NCBI GenBank assembly: GCA_019358935.1
Contig: JAHHIK010000091.1
Location: 1-34,281, forward strand
Direction: 5' to 3'
From: Tolypothrix carrinoi HA7290-LM1
Lineage (GTDB): Bacteria; Cyanobacteriota; Cyanobacteriia; Cyanobacteriales; Nostocaceae
DNA length: 34,281 nucleotides
Of the stretch, positions 1-11,155 are shown one piece after another. Position numbers and translations under genes: made by a program. Numbering within the stretch: the stretch's first letter is position 1; each line of letters begins with the position of its first letter. The notes beneath the pieces are model-generated. The model made no database searches, was not told the origin of the DNA, and worked only from the letters and a program-made list of their open reading frames with translations.

Positions 1-113
1 AAGCGAGGTATGTATGACAAAACACCAAGTTACTGAGGAGCCGGATGAAGCGAAAGTTTCACGTCCGGTTCTGAAGACGAGTCAGGCGAGGCGACTCCCT
101 GGCTTAGTTCAAC
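1..113 (+). mobile_element. 3' end of a group II intron (domains V-VI); rest lies upstream of the window
   Basis: DV GAGCCGGATGAAGCGAAAGTTTCACGTCCGGTTC at 38-71 with intact AGC triad, then a DVI hairpin ending ...GTTCAAC at 113; coding sequence resumes in frame at 114. Confidence 0.9.
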
Positions 114-665
114 AAAGGCTTTGCTGGGTGGGACTCTGACGCTGATGGAGGTGTGGCACGACGGCTCTCTGGCAAGCTTTTAACTTGGATGGAAGAGCAT
201 CAATCACAAGTTTACATGATGGCAACCGTGAATAGGTTAGGGATGCTGCCACCGGAGCTGATCCGAAGATTTGACGATATTTTCTTTATCGATTTGCCTC
301 ATGAGGGAGCGATGTATGAGATTTTTAACTTGCACCTATCCAAATATTTCCCAGAGTTTCAAAATCCAGACAAATCACCTTGGTCGGATGAGCAATGGCG
401 AATTTTGCTCAGGGATTACCGACTTTGCACAGGAGCGGAAATTGCCAATGCTGTCAGAAAAGCTGCTGAGTCTGCATTTTATCAAGGTAAACCAGGAAAA
501 GTGGATGTACTAGACCTAATTAAAGTGCGCTCTTCGTTTACTCCGTCGTTGATCCGCGATGAAGATAAAATCCTGGCAATCCGCAACCAAGCCGTGTTTG
601 CCCGTCCAGCAGCAGGTCCAGATCAGTCTCGCTTTGCGATTCTGCCAGCCGAACTGTTTGATTAA
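114..665 (+). CDS. 3' exon of a Ycf46-like AAA+ ATPase interrupted by the group II intron
   Basis: From 114 reads KGFAGWDSDADGGVARRLSGKLLTWM, in frame with ORF 153..665; sensor I/SRH motif ATVNRLGMLPPELIRRFDDIFFIDLP; lid motif TGAEIANAV. Confidence 0.85.
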   Translation, partial: KGFAGWDSDADGGVARRLSGKLLTWMEEHQSQVYMMATVNRLGMLPPELIRRFDDIFFIDLPHEGAMYEIFNLHLSKYFPEFQNPDKSPWSDEQWRILLRDYRLCTGAEIANAVRKAAESAFYQGKPGKVDVLDLIKVRSSFTPSLIRDEDKILAIRNQAVFARPAAGPDQSRFAILPAELFD

Positions 666-1288
666 AACACTTTTGTTTCAATTATGAGGCATTGCTTGTA
701 TCTCCAAATCCCTTAATTGCGCGTAGTGGTGATTCCTTCAACACCCGTTAAACTTTGCTTTTTGATGTGTAAAAAGCGCTCCTGCAAGGAGTGCGCCCGC
801 TAATTCGCCGCGTTCGCGTTTGTTTTTTAACTATGCCAGAACATAGAGCATTTTTGTACTTTGTCTAACAATGAGTGAAATTTTGGGCGCTATGCGTGGA
901 ATTCGCACTCTGCACGCGAATCTGGTTAAAAACATAATCCCTCCGCGTGCAATTATAAAGGTGCGACAAGAGTGCCGCCTGAGAAAGTCGGGCTTCGCCG
1001 ATCACACCCCCAGTACCCATCATTTCACACCTTAATTATGACCGAACTAACACATCCACAGCCTCAATATTACTGATGTCTAATATGCCCAATCGCACTC
1101 GGTTCATACACTAGGTAAATCATACGCCGGACTCACAGATAAAAATGCTACCTACCATAGCGCTCCTTACCCCTCAAGGAGAAAAATGTCGTGGTGCTTA
1201 CTTCCTGCAACAGGACTGGAGAAGTCAGCGTCCACGGTTGAAACACACCAAGTAAAGTAGCGAATTGTGTCGATATATGACACGCCTT

Positions 1289-1397
1289 AATTATTTACAG
1301 ACAATTTATAACCGGTGTAGAACCCAACACCCTGGCGAACTCCTGGAGTTCAATAGCCCAAAAATTATTTACAGACAATTTATAACCGGTGTAGAAC
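1289..1397. repeat. Perfect 35-bp direct repeat, two copies (1289-1323, 1363-1397)
   Basis: AATTATTTACAGACAATTTATAACCGGTGTAGAAC twice, 39 bp apart. Confidence 0.9.
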
Positions 1398-1793
1398 AGC
1401 AGCACACCCAACGAACTACAATCTACTTGTCGATATCAAAATTGATATCAAATGGCTGCAAACAAGTCCAGCAAGAATCACTCATTCCCCACAAGCGCGT
1501 TCCGGATTCGCGTGCCTGTCCCGCTGATTGGGGTAGTTCGGCAACTGTCGCAATTGCATCGGCTTTCTCCATACAATCGCCTTGCTGCAAGCATTAGAGG
1601 AATTAATTTCCACCTTTGATATCAATTGAAGGCGTGAGAATACCTAAGCTCAATAATTATAAAGAAATGCGTCATAACCCTTGACTAATAATAATTTTAT
1701 GCAAGGCGCGATCTAAAATAGTTTACTAGAATGCCACTTCTGATAAATAAATGCGTTCACCCCTAGTTCAGGCGCTAGTTCGCTCGCGAGCCA

Positions 1794-2711
1794 TTGCCAC
1801 TGACGCTACACCCAGCGGCGGTGTATCTCGATAGCCTTGCTCCTGGGTCTAGGCCCACTATGGAACAGGCTTTAAATGCGATCGCTTCTCTTTTAACCAA
1901 CGGTGCGTGCGATGCAATGACTCTCGACTGGGCGGCATTAAGGTATCAGCATACGGCTGCGGTGCGGTCTGCGCTGATGAAAAAACACGCTCCAGCGACG
2001 GCAAATAAGATGTTATGTGCGCTGAGGAGGGTGTTGCTTGAAGCTTTTAAGTTGGATTTAATTCAGGCACAAGATTACCAAAAGGCTGTAGATTTACGTA
2101 GCATAAAGGCGAGTAAAAAGCAACGGGGCAGACAACTAAAACAACGTGAAATTACAGCACTCCTGGCGGTATGTCAAGATGATAAATCGCCGCTTGGGGT
2201 GCGGGATGCGGCGTTAATTGCGATACTGCGGTGTGGGTTAAGAAGGGCGGAGGTAGTTGATTTAAATTTGAAAGATTTTGATGCTGCAACTGGGGCGTTG
2301 GAGATTGTTGGTGGGAAGGGTGAAAAAGATAGAACGGTATATATGCCGATTAGTGCGATCGCGGCTGTCTCTGAATGGCTTGTTGTGCGTGGGAAAAGAC
2401 CGGGACCTTTATTGCATCCGATTCGCAAGGGGGGATTTATAGAAGATTTCAAGCGCATGACCCCCCAAGCGGTGTTGATGATTTTAAGAAAACGTGCATT
2501 ATCAGCCTCGGTTGAGCAATTTAGCCCCCACGATTTTAGAAGGACGTTTTGTTCAGATTTGTTGGATGCGGGGGTGGATATTGTGACGGTGCAGAAACTT
2601 GCAGGACATGCTTCGCCGGTTACTACGGGTAAGTATGACCGACGGGGAGAGGAAACTAAGCGCAAGGCGATGGAAAAATTGGATATTGATTACACCAAAC
2701 GCAGTCAGTGA
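1794..2711 (+). CDS. Tyrosine recombinase (XerC/D-like, likely plasmid resolvase)
   Basis: Catalytic motifs GLRRAE, GKGEK, SPHDFRRT, LAGHASPVTTGKYDRR. Start uncertain: an ATG at 1751 is one base out of frame. Confidence 0.9.
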   Translation: MPLTLHPAAVYLDSLAPGSRPTMEQALNAIASLLTNGACDAMTLDWAALRYQHTAAVRSALMKKHAPATANKMLCALRRVLLEAFKLDLIQAQDYQKAVDLRSIKASKKQRGRQLKQREITALLAVCQDDKSPLGVRDAALIAILRCGLRRAEVVDLNLKDFDAATGALEIVGGKGEKDRTVYMPISAIAAVSEWLVVRGKRPGPLLHPIRKGGFIEDFKRMTPQAVLMILRKRALSASVEQFSPHDFRRTFCSDLLDAGVDIVTVQKLAGHASPVTTGKYDRRGEETKRKAMEKLDIDYTKRSQ

Positions 2712-3360
2712 TGGAGTTTTTCAAGTTGGTAACTTGTTTAGCAGTTGTTTGGAGATTTTGGTCAGTAACGGTTTGAATGAAATTGGGTGCAGCAGATGTT
2801 ACACCTTTAGCTTGATTTAGCTGATTAGAAATACTGAGATTTTTTGTGCCGTCAACAGATGTGGATTTGACGATATAGCGATGGCTTCGCCCGCCGTAGG
2901 CATCGCGATTAAAACAGAACGGACGGACGATCGCTAAATTGTTTTGCTGCAAAATCGCCTGTCTTTGGCTTGAGTCAAGTTGTGGATCGAAGCTGATAAT
3001 AATTTCGTTGGGTAAAACAATAACTTCTTGGCGTTGGCTGCGACTCAGTACTGGTAAGGTAGTTTGGACGTAAGGTTGCTGTTGGATTTGAGAATAGATA
3101 GCACTGCCGACATCTCGAACTCCCGATGGTAGACTGACTAAAGCATAATTTGCGCCCAAAGGACTGACCTTTGGTGAAATGCCTCCATCGCTGTGAGTAC
3201 CACCCTGTAAGGCTTGCTGGAGTTGCAGGTAAAGCGGTTGAGCAGCGCGATGCGGAGGGGAGCAACAGATGCGGAACGCGTGTTGCAGCTACTTTTTTAA
3301 AGGCAACAGCGATCGCTGCCGATCAACAGATCAAAGGATGATTGAGAAAAGCCTGAAGCG
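2712..3360 (-). pseudogene. Truncated, frameshifted N-terminal remnant of a secreted S8-peptidase-like protein
   Basis: VIVLPNEIIISF...AILQQNNL...SNQLNQAKGVTSAAPNF resembles cyanobacterial S8 prodomains; no catalytic domain follows; upstream boundary approximate. Confidence 0.5.
2878..2906. repeat. 21-nt SDR5-like insertion inside a HIP1 site
   Basis: GCG+ATGGCTTCGCCCGCCGTAGGC+ATCGC, i.e. GCGATCGC split by 21 nt. Confidence 0.85.
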
Positions 3361-3679
3361 ACTTATTTTCGTAAAGTCTGCCGTTCTAAGCTTAGAGCGG
3401 CTCGCTTTACGTTAATGCACAGGATAATGAATTTGTATAGTGCAGAAGTCAGTCCTAACTTATATGTCTTAGGGGTTTGGAATTGAATCTATCGATGGAA
3501 ACAAAAGCGAACTGACAAGTCAGCGCTTACGCTATCGCCATCAGAGAAAGCGAACAGAAGTGGCAGAAATCGGATATATTCAACAGAGTTTAGTCAAACA
3601 CTACCAAGGAGAGCGAAGCCGGAGGCAGGGTGAGGTTTTATATTTAATTTGACCCACTTACTTACTCTCTTCATGGTTG

Positions 3680-4101
3680 CAGAGTCCAGAACTGCGACGG
3701 CGGGACTAAACAAGGGTGAGGCGAAGCATACTCTGACTCATAGCGGTGTTTTTTAATCGCCTGGGGGAAGTACGCGATCGCTCTTTGGTGAAGACCAGTT
3801 TTATCGGGCTAGTGGGTTGAATTTGGTAATTGCTGCTATCGTTCTGTGGAATACGGTGTACTTAGAAAAAGCCGTTGATTATTTGAAACAACAGGAAATG
3901 GACATTCCTGAAGAATATTTGCAACATTTGTCACCGCCCTTGTTGGGAGCATATCAATCTTACTGGCGATTATGTCTGGAATTTGAAGCAGGCGACCAGT
4001 TTTGACAAGTTGCGTCCTTTGCGGGTTCAGGAAAATAAGTATCGCTGAAACACTTATGTGATATGAGTTTCAGCCGGATTCGTACAATAAACCCGTTTTG
4101 G
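3680..4101 (+). pseudogene. tnpA: Tn3-family transposase C-terminal remnant plus inner part of its terminal inverted repeat
   Basis: Frameshifted GLNKGEA...FFNRLGEVRDRS...RASGLNLVIAAIVLWNTVYL...LQHLSP...WEHINLTGDYVW; IR-like CGTACAATAAACCCGTTTTGG ends at 4101. Confidence 0.85.
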
Positions 4102-6497
4102 GTGCGATACGATGGCGCACGAAGGGCTGGAAGCCCCTATACATAAAGCTTCCAAAAGATGAGTGAGGAACCGATTCCTCCAGTAAGCGTGTCCAAGGCT
4201 GTTCCTAACCTTCCCATGCACTACTGGTAACGGTGGTGTGTGAAGCGGAAAGTAAAGCCCAAGGAAGCATTTAGCCTAAAAATGTAACCGGGCAAAGGAA
4301 AGATTGGATGGGTGAATGCAAATGAATCCTTGTTAAGGCATCGTCAGAAAAGATCATCGAAAAGGCTGACACGGTGATATGAGTAAATGTACTGAATACC
4401 CCAAAATTATTCAGTTAAGGTTCAACTCCCCATTTTAGTTGAATTAGGACACCAAACACAAGGCGTGTAGAGAGGACACCCTACCCAATTAAATCTCATC
4501 CGTGCGTAACGTAGTAACCCCAATGAAGTCTGGGATTTACCCAGTAAGTAACCCGTAAGGGAAGCCGAATTCTTCAGTGGGTAAAGGATGCTGACACCAA
4601 GCGAAAGCCACCAAGCCGAAAGGCAAGGGGAATCCATAACCCGGTGGATAAAGCAATTGCCTAACCTGAAAGGGTGCTGACGGGAAGCAGGTGAGTCAAC
4701 TAAAATCCGTTGTAATGATTTCAAACCGAGGTGTAAGTTAGATGCAGGCAACTGTAAACCGAACCAAGGGACAGACTGATTGGAATTGTGTTAATCAAAG
4801 CAAAGCGAATCGGATTGTTAGGAATTTGAGACAGCGAATCTTTAGAGCCAAAGCTGAGGGCAACCCTAAAAAGGTTCGCTCGCTCCAGAAATTAATGTTA
4901 CGCAGCTATTCTAACCGCTTAGTTAGCGTTAGAAAAGTGACGCAGCATAACCGAGGTAAATATACACCAGGTATAGATAAAGTAGTAGTTAAAACTCCTG
5001 CTTACAGAGGACAATTAGTTGATAAAATCGCTAATTATACCCCTTGTAAATCATTACCTGCACGAAGAGTTTACATCCCAAAAGCTAATGGAAAGAAGCG
5101 TCCTTTAGGAATCCAAGTAATACATGACCGCGCCATACAGGCAATGGTTAAAAATGCCTTAGAACCCGAATGGGAAGCTGTTTTTGAGAGGTCTAGTTAT
5201 GGTTTCCGACCTGGGCGTAGCCCTCATGACGCAATTGCGAGCATCTATAACCTCGCTCGTCCGAATAAACGGAAAAAATGGGTTGTAGATGCAGATATTC
5301 AGGGGTGTTTTGACAACATTTCTCATGATTTTCTTCTAGAGCTTCTAACGGGCTTTCCGGCTCGTGAATTAATTAAACAATGGCTTAAAGCAGGTTACAT
5401 GGAAGGGGAGTTATGGCATCCAACAGATGCTGGTACTCCTCAAGGCTCTGTTGTCAGTCCTCTATTAGCTAATATAGCGTTACACGGTATGGAATCAGCC
5501 CTTGGAGTTAAGTATAATAAGGAGGGAGAACTCAGGGCAACAAGGGCATTAGTGAGATTTGCAGATGATTTTGTGGTATTTTTTGAGTCCAAAGAAGATG
5601 CAGAAAATGCAGTTAAAATTCTGACCGATTGGATGAAGTCTAGGGGACTTACTCTATCAGATGAAAAGACGAAAATAGTGCATTGAATTGAAGGATTTGA
5701 CTTTCTGGGATTCAACATCAGACACTATAAAGTCTCAACCAGTAAAACGGGATTAAAACTGCTAATTAAATCTAGTAAATCTTCCGTGTTAAAGATTCGG
5801 AATAAACTGCGTAATGAATGGCGTAACTGTCAAGGTAAGTCGAGAGATGCAGTTATTAAGAAGCTCAACCCAATTATCAGGGGAGAAGCAAATTATTTCC
5901 GAATAGGTGTATCCTCTGAAATATTCAATTCCCTCGACCATTGGCTGTATGAAAAGCAGAAAAGGTATGTCAAACATACTCATCGTCACAAATCTGATAA
6001 ATGGCGTAAGGCTAAATGTTGGGGAAAATTAAATCTTGATAGACCAAACGACAACTGGGTTTTTGGCAATAAACAAATCGGAGCCTATATGTTGAAATAT
6101 GCTTGGTTTCCTATTGAGAGACATGTCTTAATTCAAGGTAAATCATCACCTGATGACCCCAAACTAAAGGATTACTGGAGAAAGCGAGAGGAGGTTAAAG
6201 CTAAATCCGAACTAATCAAAAGCAGACAAAAGATAGCCCATCGGCAAAAATATGCCTGTCCCATATGTGGAGAATCCTTGTTAAATGGCGAAGAGTTACA
6301 TCTTCATCATAAAAAGCCAAAAAGTCAGGGCGGTGGGGATAATTACGGCAACATACAACTTGTTTATTTATACTGCCATCAGCAAATACACTCTGGTACA
6401 GTGAGTAGTTTATGACTTGCTTGATCCGGATGCGGTCAAAGTCGCACGTCCGGTTCTGAGGGGGCGGGATTATAGCGATATAGTCCTGCTACCCGAC
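4102..6497 (+). mobile_element. Full-length group II intron, probably inactive
   Basis: 5' GTGCG at 4102; DV GATCCGGATGCGGTCAAAGTCGCACGTCCGGTTC at 6423-6456; DVI ending ACCCGAC at 6497; encloses an RT ORF. Confidence 0.9.
4742..6415 (+). pseudogene. ltrA: Group II intron RT/maturase/HNH protein with one in-frame TGA at 5684-5686
   Basis: RT motifs GFRPGRS, DADIQGCFD, GTPQGSVVSPLLANIAL, RFADDF; VH*IEGFDFLG continues in frame into domain X and HNH (CPICG...HLHHK...GGGDNYGN...CHQQIH). Confidence 0.9.
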
Positions 6498-6777
6498 CAC
6501 AGTCCTGCCTGAATTGACGCAATCCTCACTCCTCAAATGTTGGCATTGATGCTCGACACCGAGGACATTTTGCATATAAAACAGGAAATGCCATCTGACA
6601 AAAATCTGCGTGTGATCCAAATTATCGGGATAGGTCGATTAAGTAGCGATCGCCTCAAGTCGGCATCAAGGCTCGTGGCAGCAGCGATCGACGGGACAAG
6701 AAACGGCATATTAGGTTACTTAAGCGCTATATTGACTACTGACTTTGCCGAATACAGCGCGGTTTTGGGAGGTTAAT

Positions 6778-8916
6778 ATGTTGCAACTACGGGACTACCA
6801 AACGCAAGTAATATTCGATACTTATAAATTTTTTGACATCGGATTGAAATCGGTTCTGCTTTATGCGCCAACCGGTGCGGGTAAAACAGCGATCGCATCT
6901 CAAATTATCGCCGATTATGTTGGACAAGGTAAGCGAGTTTTATTTCTTGTGCATCGCACAAAACTTGTGCGGCAGACCCAAGACACGTTGCAGAAATTCC
7001 ACGGCATTGATTGCAGCGTCATTTGGGCAGATAAAGGTAAGCCAGATTATAGTAAGCCGGTACAAGTCGCCATGCTCCAAAGCCTCCATCGTCGTGAGCT
7101 ACCACCAGACATCGATTTGGTAATTCTGGATGAAGGACACACAAGCAGCTATTTCTCAACATATCAGCGAATCTTAAATCAGTACTCTGGGGGAATTTGG
7201 GCGCTTTCCAAAACACTATTTTTGGGGTTGAGCGCTACACCTTGGCGGACAAAAAAGCAAGAGGGGTACTGCCACGTATTTGAGGCAGTTGTTCGCGCTC
7301 CTTACCCCCAGCAGCTTATCGATTTGGGGCATTTATCCCGCGCTCGTCAGTTTGGGTATGTGGGATTGATTGATGAAAGCAAATTAGAAGTAAGCCGGGA
7401 TACTGGCGAATTTACAGATGCCTCAATAGCCGAGGTTTGTGACGAAGCGCTTAACCTTGAAATTGTTAACAAATACTCAGAACGCGATCCAAAAGGAGAG
7501 CGTAAGGTTCTAGCCTTCTGCGCTAGCGTCAAACAAGCGCTTGATTTAACTCTCAAGTTAAAAAGCCGAGGCTACTTATCTGAAATCATTATTGGTGAAA
7601 CTCCAGAAAGCGATCGCTCTTGTATCTTTGAAAAGTTTACCAAAAGTGAAATTAAGATTTTGGTTTCGGTAGCAGTTCTTTGTGAAGGTTTCGATGAGCC
7701 ATCTGCTGATTGTGTTTTAATCTGCCGTCCCGTTAAATCAAGGGCGCTGTTTATACAAATGGTCGGACGCGGACTGAGGATTGCCAAAAATAAAGAAGAT
7801 TGCTGGATTATCGATTATTGCGGTAACATTAAGCGGCTAGGACTGCCCACCCAGCGATATCCTATCAGCCTGTGTCCCGCACCAAAGAACGATGACGACG
7901 AGCCTATATCCACTAAAACCTGTCCCAGTTGCGGACAAGAGATTTACGCCTTTTTGATGATTTGTCCTCACTGCGGACATGTTTTTGAACCTGAGAAAAT
8001 AGATTTAGTACCACGAAAAGGCAAACTAGAAGAAATTCTTTCCCCAGATCAGCGCACCCACTTTAAGTTTCTAAAAGAACTAATCGTTGGCTTATACAAC
8101 AAGCGAGCCCCCAATACCGAGATTGACCTTGCCTTTCTACAAAAGTGGGGCTACCTCCCACCAGAAGATTGGTATGATTCAATATTATTTGGCGATAAGC
8201 ACGGCTGGGAAGTAGATGTACAAGTTTATTATCGCTATCTGTTAGAGGCGCTGCCTGGTGGTTCTACTCAGACCCGCGAGTGGATAGAAAAAAGCATCCG
8301 ACGTGAATTTAAATCAGCGATCGCCTGGGCAGAAGAAAACTTTTACAAGAACTACAAACTTCACCTGCCCCCTGTTGGCGTACAGCGCTCCGCGCATGAA
8401 AACGGCGGAGCCTCTCGTAGAGAAGCCTCTCGAACAGAAGATATCCAGGAGACAGTTAACAGACGCATCAAGGATCTAATTTCCTACAAAACCTGGTGGA
8501 AGCTTTTAGGATTTACTCAGGAACCGACGGATTTATCTCTGGTCTACGATGCTTATCAACAGCGGCTGAGAGAAGCGGAAACTTGGAAGCGTAATATTTT
8601 TGAGCAACGAGCGAAGCTCTACAATTTAGCGTTGGAGCAGTCTGTAGCACGGTTTAGCCTCAGTCCCCGTCTTTTACTATTGACCGCAGGTGCAATCAAA
8701 AGAGCGATCGCTGCCCAAGATTTCCAAGCAGCAGAGGAACATGCATCATCCGTGACGGCGATCGCCAGAGAAACTATTTGGTCAATGCTAGATCCAACGG
8801 AGCGCAGTTTATTTGCCCGATATCGCCGAGGTGAGTTGAATAAACCCCTTCAAGTTGCCAAACCAACCTACACTCAGCACGGAGCAGCGTTTTATCATAA
8901 GTCGCATCGTAACTAG
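6778..8916 (+). CDS. SF2 DEAD/DEAH-box helicase with Zn ribbon
   Basis: APTGAGKT, DEGH, SATP, EGFD, QMVGRGLR; CPSC...CPHC; GGAGG RBS before ATG 6778. Confidence 0.9.
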   Translation: MLQLRDYQTQVIFDTYKFFDIGLKSVLLYAPTGAGKTAIASQIIADYVGQGKRVLFLVHRTKLVRQTQDTLQKFHGIDCSVIWADKGKPDYSKPVQVAMLQSLHRRELPPDIDLVILDEGHTSSYFSTYQRILNQYSGGIWALSKTLFLGLSATPWRTKKQEGYCHVFEAVVRAPYPQQLIDLGHLSRARQFGYVGLIDESKLEVSRDTGEFTDASIAEVCDEALNLEIVNKYSERDPKGERKVLAFCASVKQALDLTLKLKSRGYLSEIIIGETPESDRSCIFEKFTKSEIKILVSVAVLCEGFDEPSADCVLICRPVKSRALFIQMVGRGLRIAKNKEDCWIIDYCGNIKRLGLPTQRYPISLCPAPKNDDDEPISTKTCPSCGQEIYAFLMICPHCGHVFEPEKIDLVPRKGKLEEILSPDQRTHFKFLKELIVGLYNKRAPNTEIDLAFLQKWGYLPPEDWYDSILFGDKHGWEVDVQVYYRYLLEALPGGSTQTREWIEKSIRREFKSAIAWAEENFYKNYKLHLPPVGVQRSAHENGGASRREASRTEDIQETVNRRIKDLISYKTWWKLLGFTQEPTDLSLVYDAYQQRLREAETWKRNIFEQRAKLYNLALEQSVARFSLSPRLLLLTAGAIKRAIAAQDFQAAEEHASSVTAIARETIWSMLDPTERSLFARYRRGELNKPLQVAKPTYTQHGAAFYHKSHRN

Positions 8917-9079
8917 CCGCAATATCGGCACTTGCTCGTCATTCGCTCTCGCTAGTTACGATTAGTTAGCGTAAACTACCTACACGCTCCCCAAGGTAGG
9001 TGTGAGCCTCCTTGCTGTAAAAGGTATCTCGGCTCAATACCTAAAAGGTGACAATTGAGCGATCGCTCACTATTCCTGC

Positions 9080-10843
9080 TCAAGCGCTCCAACTGCGAGC
9101 AACTTGAATGGACACTTTTACAGGTAGAGGATTGAGGAATTGTGCTGCTGCTGACAGCATACATTTCTGTAAAATCTTGCTCACAGGTGCAACTTGTTTT
9201 TCCGGACATTCCAGTAAAATTTCATCATGCACAGTGCCAATCAACTTCGCATCCGTTTTACCCAAAATTGTGAACAGCTTGGCAATGGCGATTTTGGTAA
9301 TATCAGCACTGGTTCCCTGTACGGGGTGATTTAACAGTTCAGAAAGACGAGGTTTATTTGCCCAGCGTCGTCGCCGTCCACCGATTGTCCTGATTTCTTT
9401 AATTCCTCTGCCGTAGACAGTGCTACGAATTCTATCATGCCATTTGGCTACACCTGAGTAAGCTTGGAAAAAGCGTTTTCTGAAAATCTGTGCTTCTTCA
9501 AGTGTCATAATGATACCGTATTCAGTCTCGGCATACACTTGCAGTTTGGAAGCTCCCATGCCATAGATTAAGCCGAAATTGATTGCCTTGGCTAATCGTC
9601 TATCTTCTGGTGTAATAGAGGACAAAGGTTTTCCCGTAACCAGGGAAGCGGTAACGGCGTGCAAGTCTCGTCCTTGTTTATAGGCTTTGAGAGGAAGGCG
9701 ATCGCCACTGAGTACTGCTGTTATTCTCAGTTCGATTTGGCTGTAGTCAGCTTTAATGATTTTGTAGCCACCAGAAGCAACAAAGCAGCTTCTTATTGCC
9801 TTATCTCGCGGAATGTTTTGCAAATTAGGGCATAGACAGCTGAACCGACCCGAACGGGCACCACATTGACGGTATTGAGCGTGTATTCGACCTGTAACAG
9901 GATGAATGTGTTCTTTAAGATTTGTTGATGTGAGTTTTGATAATTTGCGGTAGTCCAATAGCGATCGGATGATTGGGTATTGACTAGCCAATGGGATTAG
10001 GGTTTTTTTGCTAGTTGAGTCAACAGGGATACCTAGAGATTGTAGGGCTGCCAGAATTTGTTGGGGTGACTCAGGATTTACGCAGTCTGTGTATTCTGGT
10101 AGTAAGGAAAGTTGATCCGAATGCCTGATTTTTAGCTCTTTTAGTTGCAAAGCTGCTGCTTGCTTCTTTTGTTCCAAGTCTAAACTTACAGCAAGCCACT
10201 TTTGGTGATCTAGCTGCATTCCGTTTAGCTCCATTTTTGCTATAGCTGGCATTGCTTCAAATTCTAAAAAGGCGGTTGGCAGTAAAGAAGCGCGTTTGAG
10301 ATAAGTGTATAGAATTTTTTGCAATGGGAGCAGGATAGCAGCATCAATAGCAGCGTACTTTAGTTGGTCATTCGACAGTTTCTCAGAAAAATCGCTGTGT
10401 TGTAGGTCTTTATTAAGTTTTATCTTCAAGAATTTGTCGGCTAGGGCAGCTAGGGTATGGCTCTTTTTCAAGCCAGCGAAAAGGACTTGAGATGCCAGTT
10501 GAGTGTCAAAGTAAAAACCAGTGGGCTGTAGATTAGCCATCGACAGGAAAGATAAGTCAAACTTGCCATTGTGAAAAACCTTAGTAGATTCATTAGTTAG
10601 TAGTTGTCTTAAGGGTCTAAGTTTATTTGCGGGAATGGCAGCTAAGTCCACAATCATCACGGGCATTCCCGAAGCTGCTATTTGCACCAGCCTGAGTTGA
10701 TGAGTTCGGGGGTCTAGTCCGGTTGTTTCTGTGTCAATCCCTATGGTTTTAGCGGTGGCTAAAGACTGACACGCGGACTTCAGGGTTTGGGCATCCTGCA
10801 CCAGCTGGTATTGCACATCGCTTGTGTTTAAAGTTAAATTCAT
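9080..10843 (-). CDS. Family A DNA polymerase with 3'-5' exonuclease and no 5'-3' nuclease
   Basis: Exo DTETTGL, HNGKFD, YAAID; polymerase motifs ADYSQIELR, RRLAKAINFGLIYG, VHDEILLE. Confidence 0.93.
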   Translation of the reverse strand: MNLTLNTSDVQYQLVQDAQTLKSACQSLATAKTIGIDTETTGLDPRTHQLRLVQIAASGMPVMIVDLAAIPANKLRPLRQLLTNESTKVFHNGKFDLSFLSMANLQPTGFYFDTQLASQVLFAGLKKSHTLAALADKFLKIKLNKDLQHSDFSEKLSNDQLKYAAIDAAILLPLQKILYTYLKRASLLPTAFLEFEAMPAIAKMELNGMQLDHQKWLAVSLDLEQKKQAAALQLKELKIRHSDQLSLLPEYTDCVNPESPQQILAALQSLGIPVDSTSKKTLIPLASQYPIIRSLLDYRKLSKLTSTNLKEHIHPVTGRIHAQYRQCGARSGRFSCLCPNLQNIPRDKAIRSCFVASGGYKIIKADYSQIELRITAVLSGDRLPLKAYKQGRDLHAVTASLVTGKPLSSITPEDRRLAKAINFGLIYGMGASKLQVYAETEYGIIMTLEEAQIFRKRFFQAYSGVAKWHDRIRSTVYGRGIKEIRTIGGRRRRWANKPRLSELLNHPVQGTSADITKIAIAKLFTILGKTDAKLIGTVHDEILLECPEKQVAPVSKILQKCMLSAAAQFLNPLPVKVSIQVARSWSA

Positions 10844-11155
10844 GGCGCTTTGTTAATCAGAGTTGATGATAGATATTGCTTTCAGAGAACCGCACCAATG
10901 GGTAGAGGAGTGGGAGACAACTTCTTGCCATGAAATTGTTTTGTTGATTTAGTTTTCAACATCAAGGAGTTGATAAAATAAAAAAATAAATCAAAAAAAT
11001 TGACTTCAATTGAAGTCAAAAAAACAAGAAGATAAATGAATTTAACAAGAGGGCTTTATGGAAAATAAAAGAATGTCGCCAGCGCTATATCGACAGATGA
11101 GAAAGGATAATAGCAAGCAGTTACCTGTTAAATATGTACCGAAAACCAGGTGCTT

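Noticed and set aside
1289..1397. Mini CRISPR array (35-bp repeat, 39-bp spacer)
   Set aside because: Only two copies, similarity continues past the repeat as in a tandem duplication, and no cas genes are present.
4742..6415. Retron, DGR or defence-associated reverse transcriptase
   Set aside because: Domain X, HNH and flanking GTGCG/DV/DVI identify a group II intron protein.
6537..6776. 79-aa ORF before the helicase and the many short antisense ORFs inside long genes
   Set aside because: No motifs or clear RBS; best explained as shadow ORFs.
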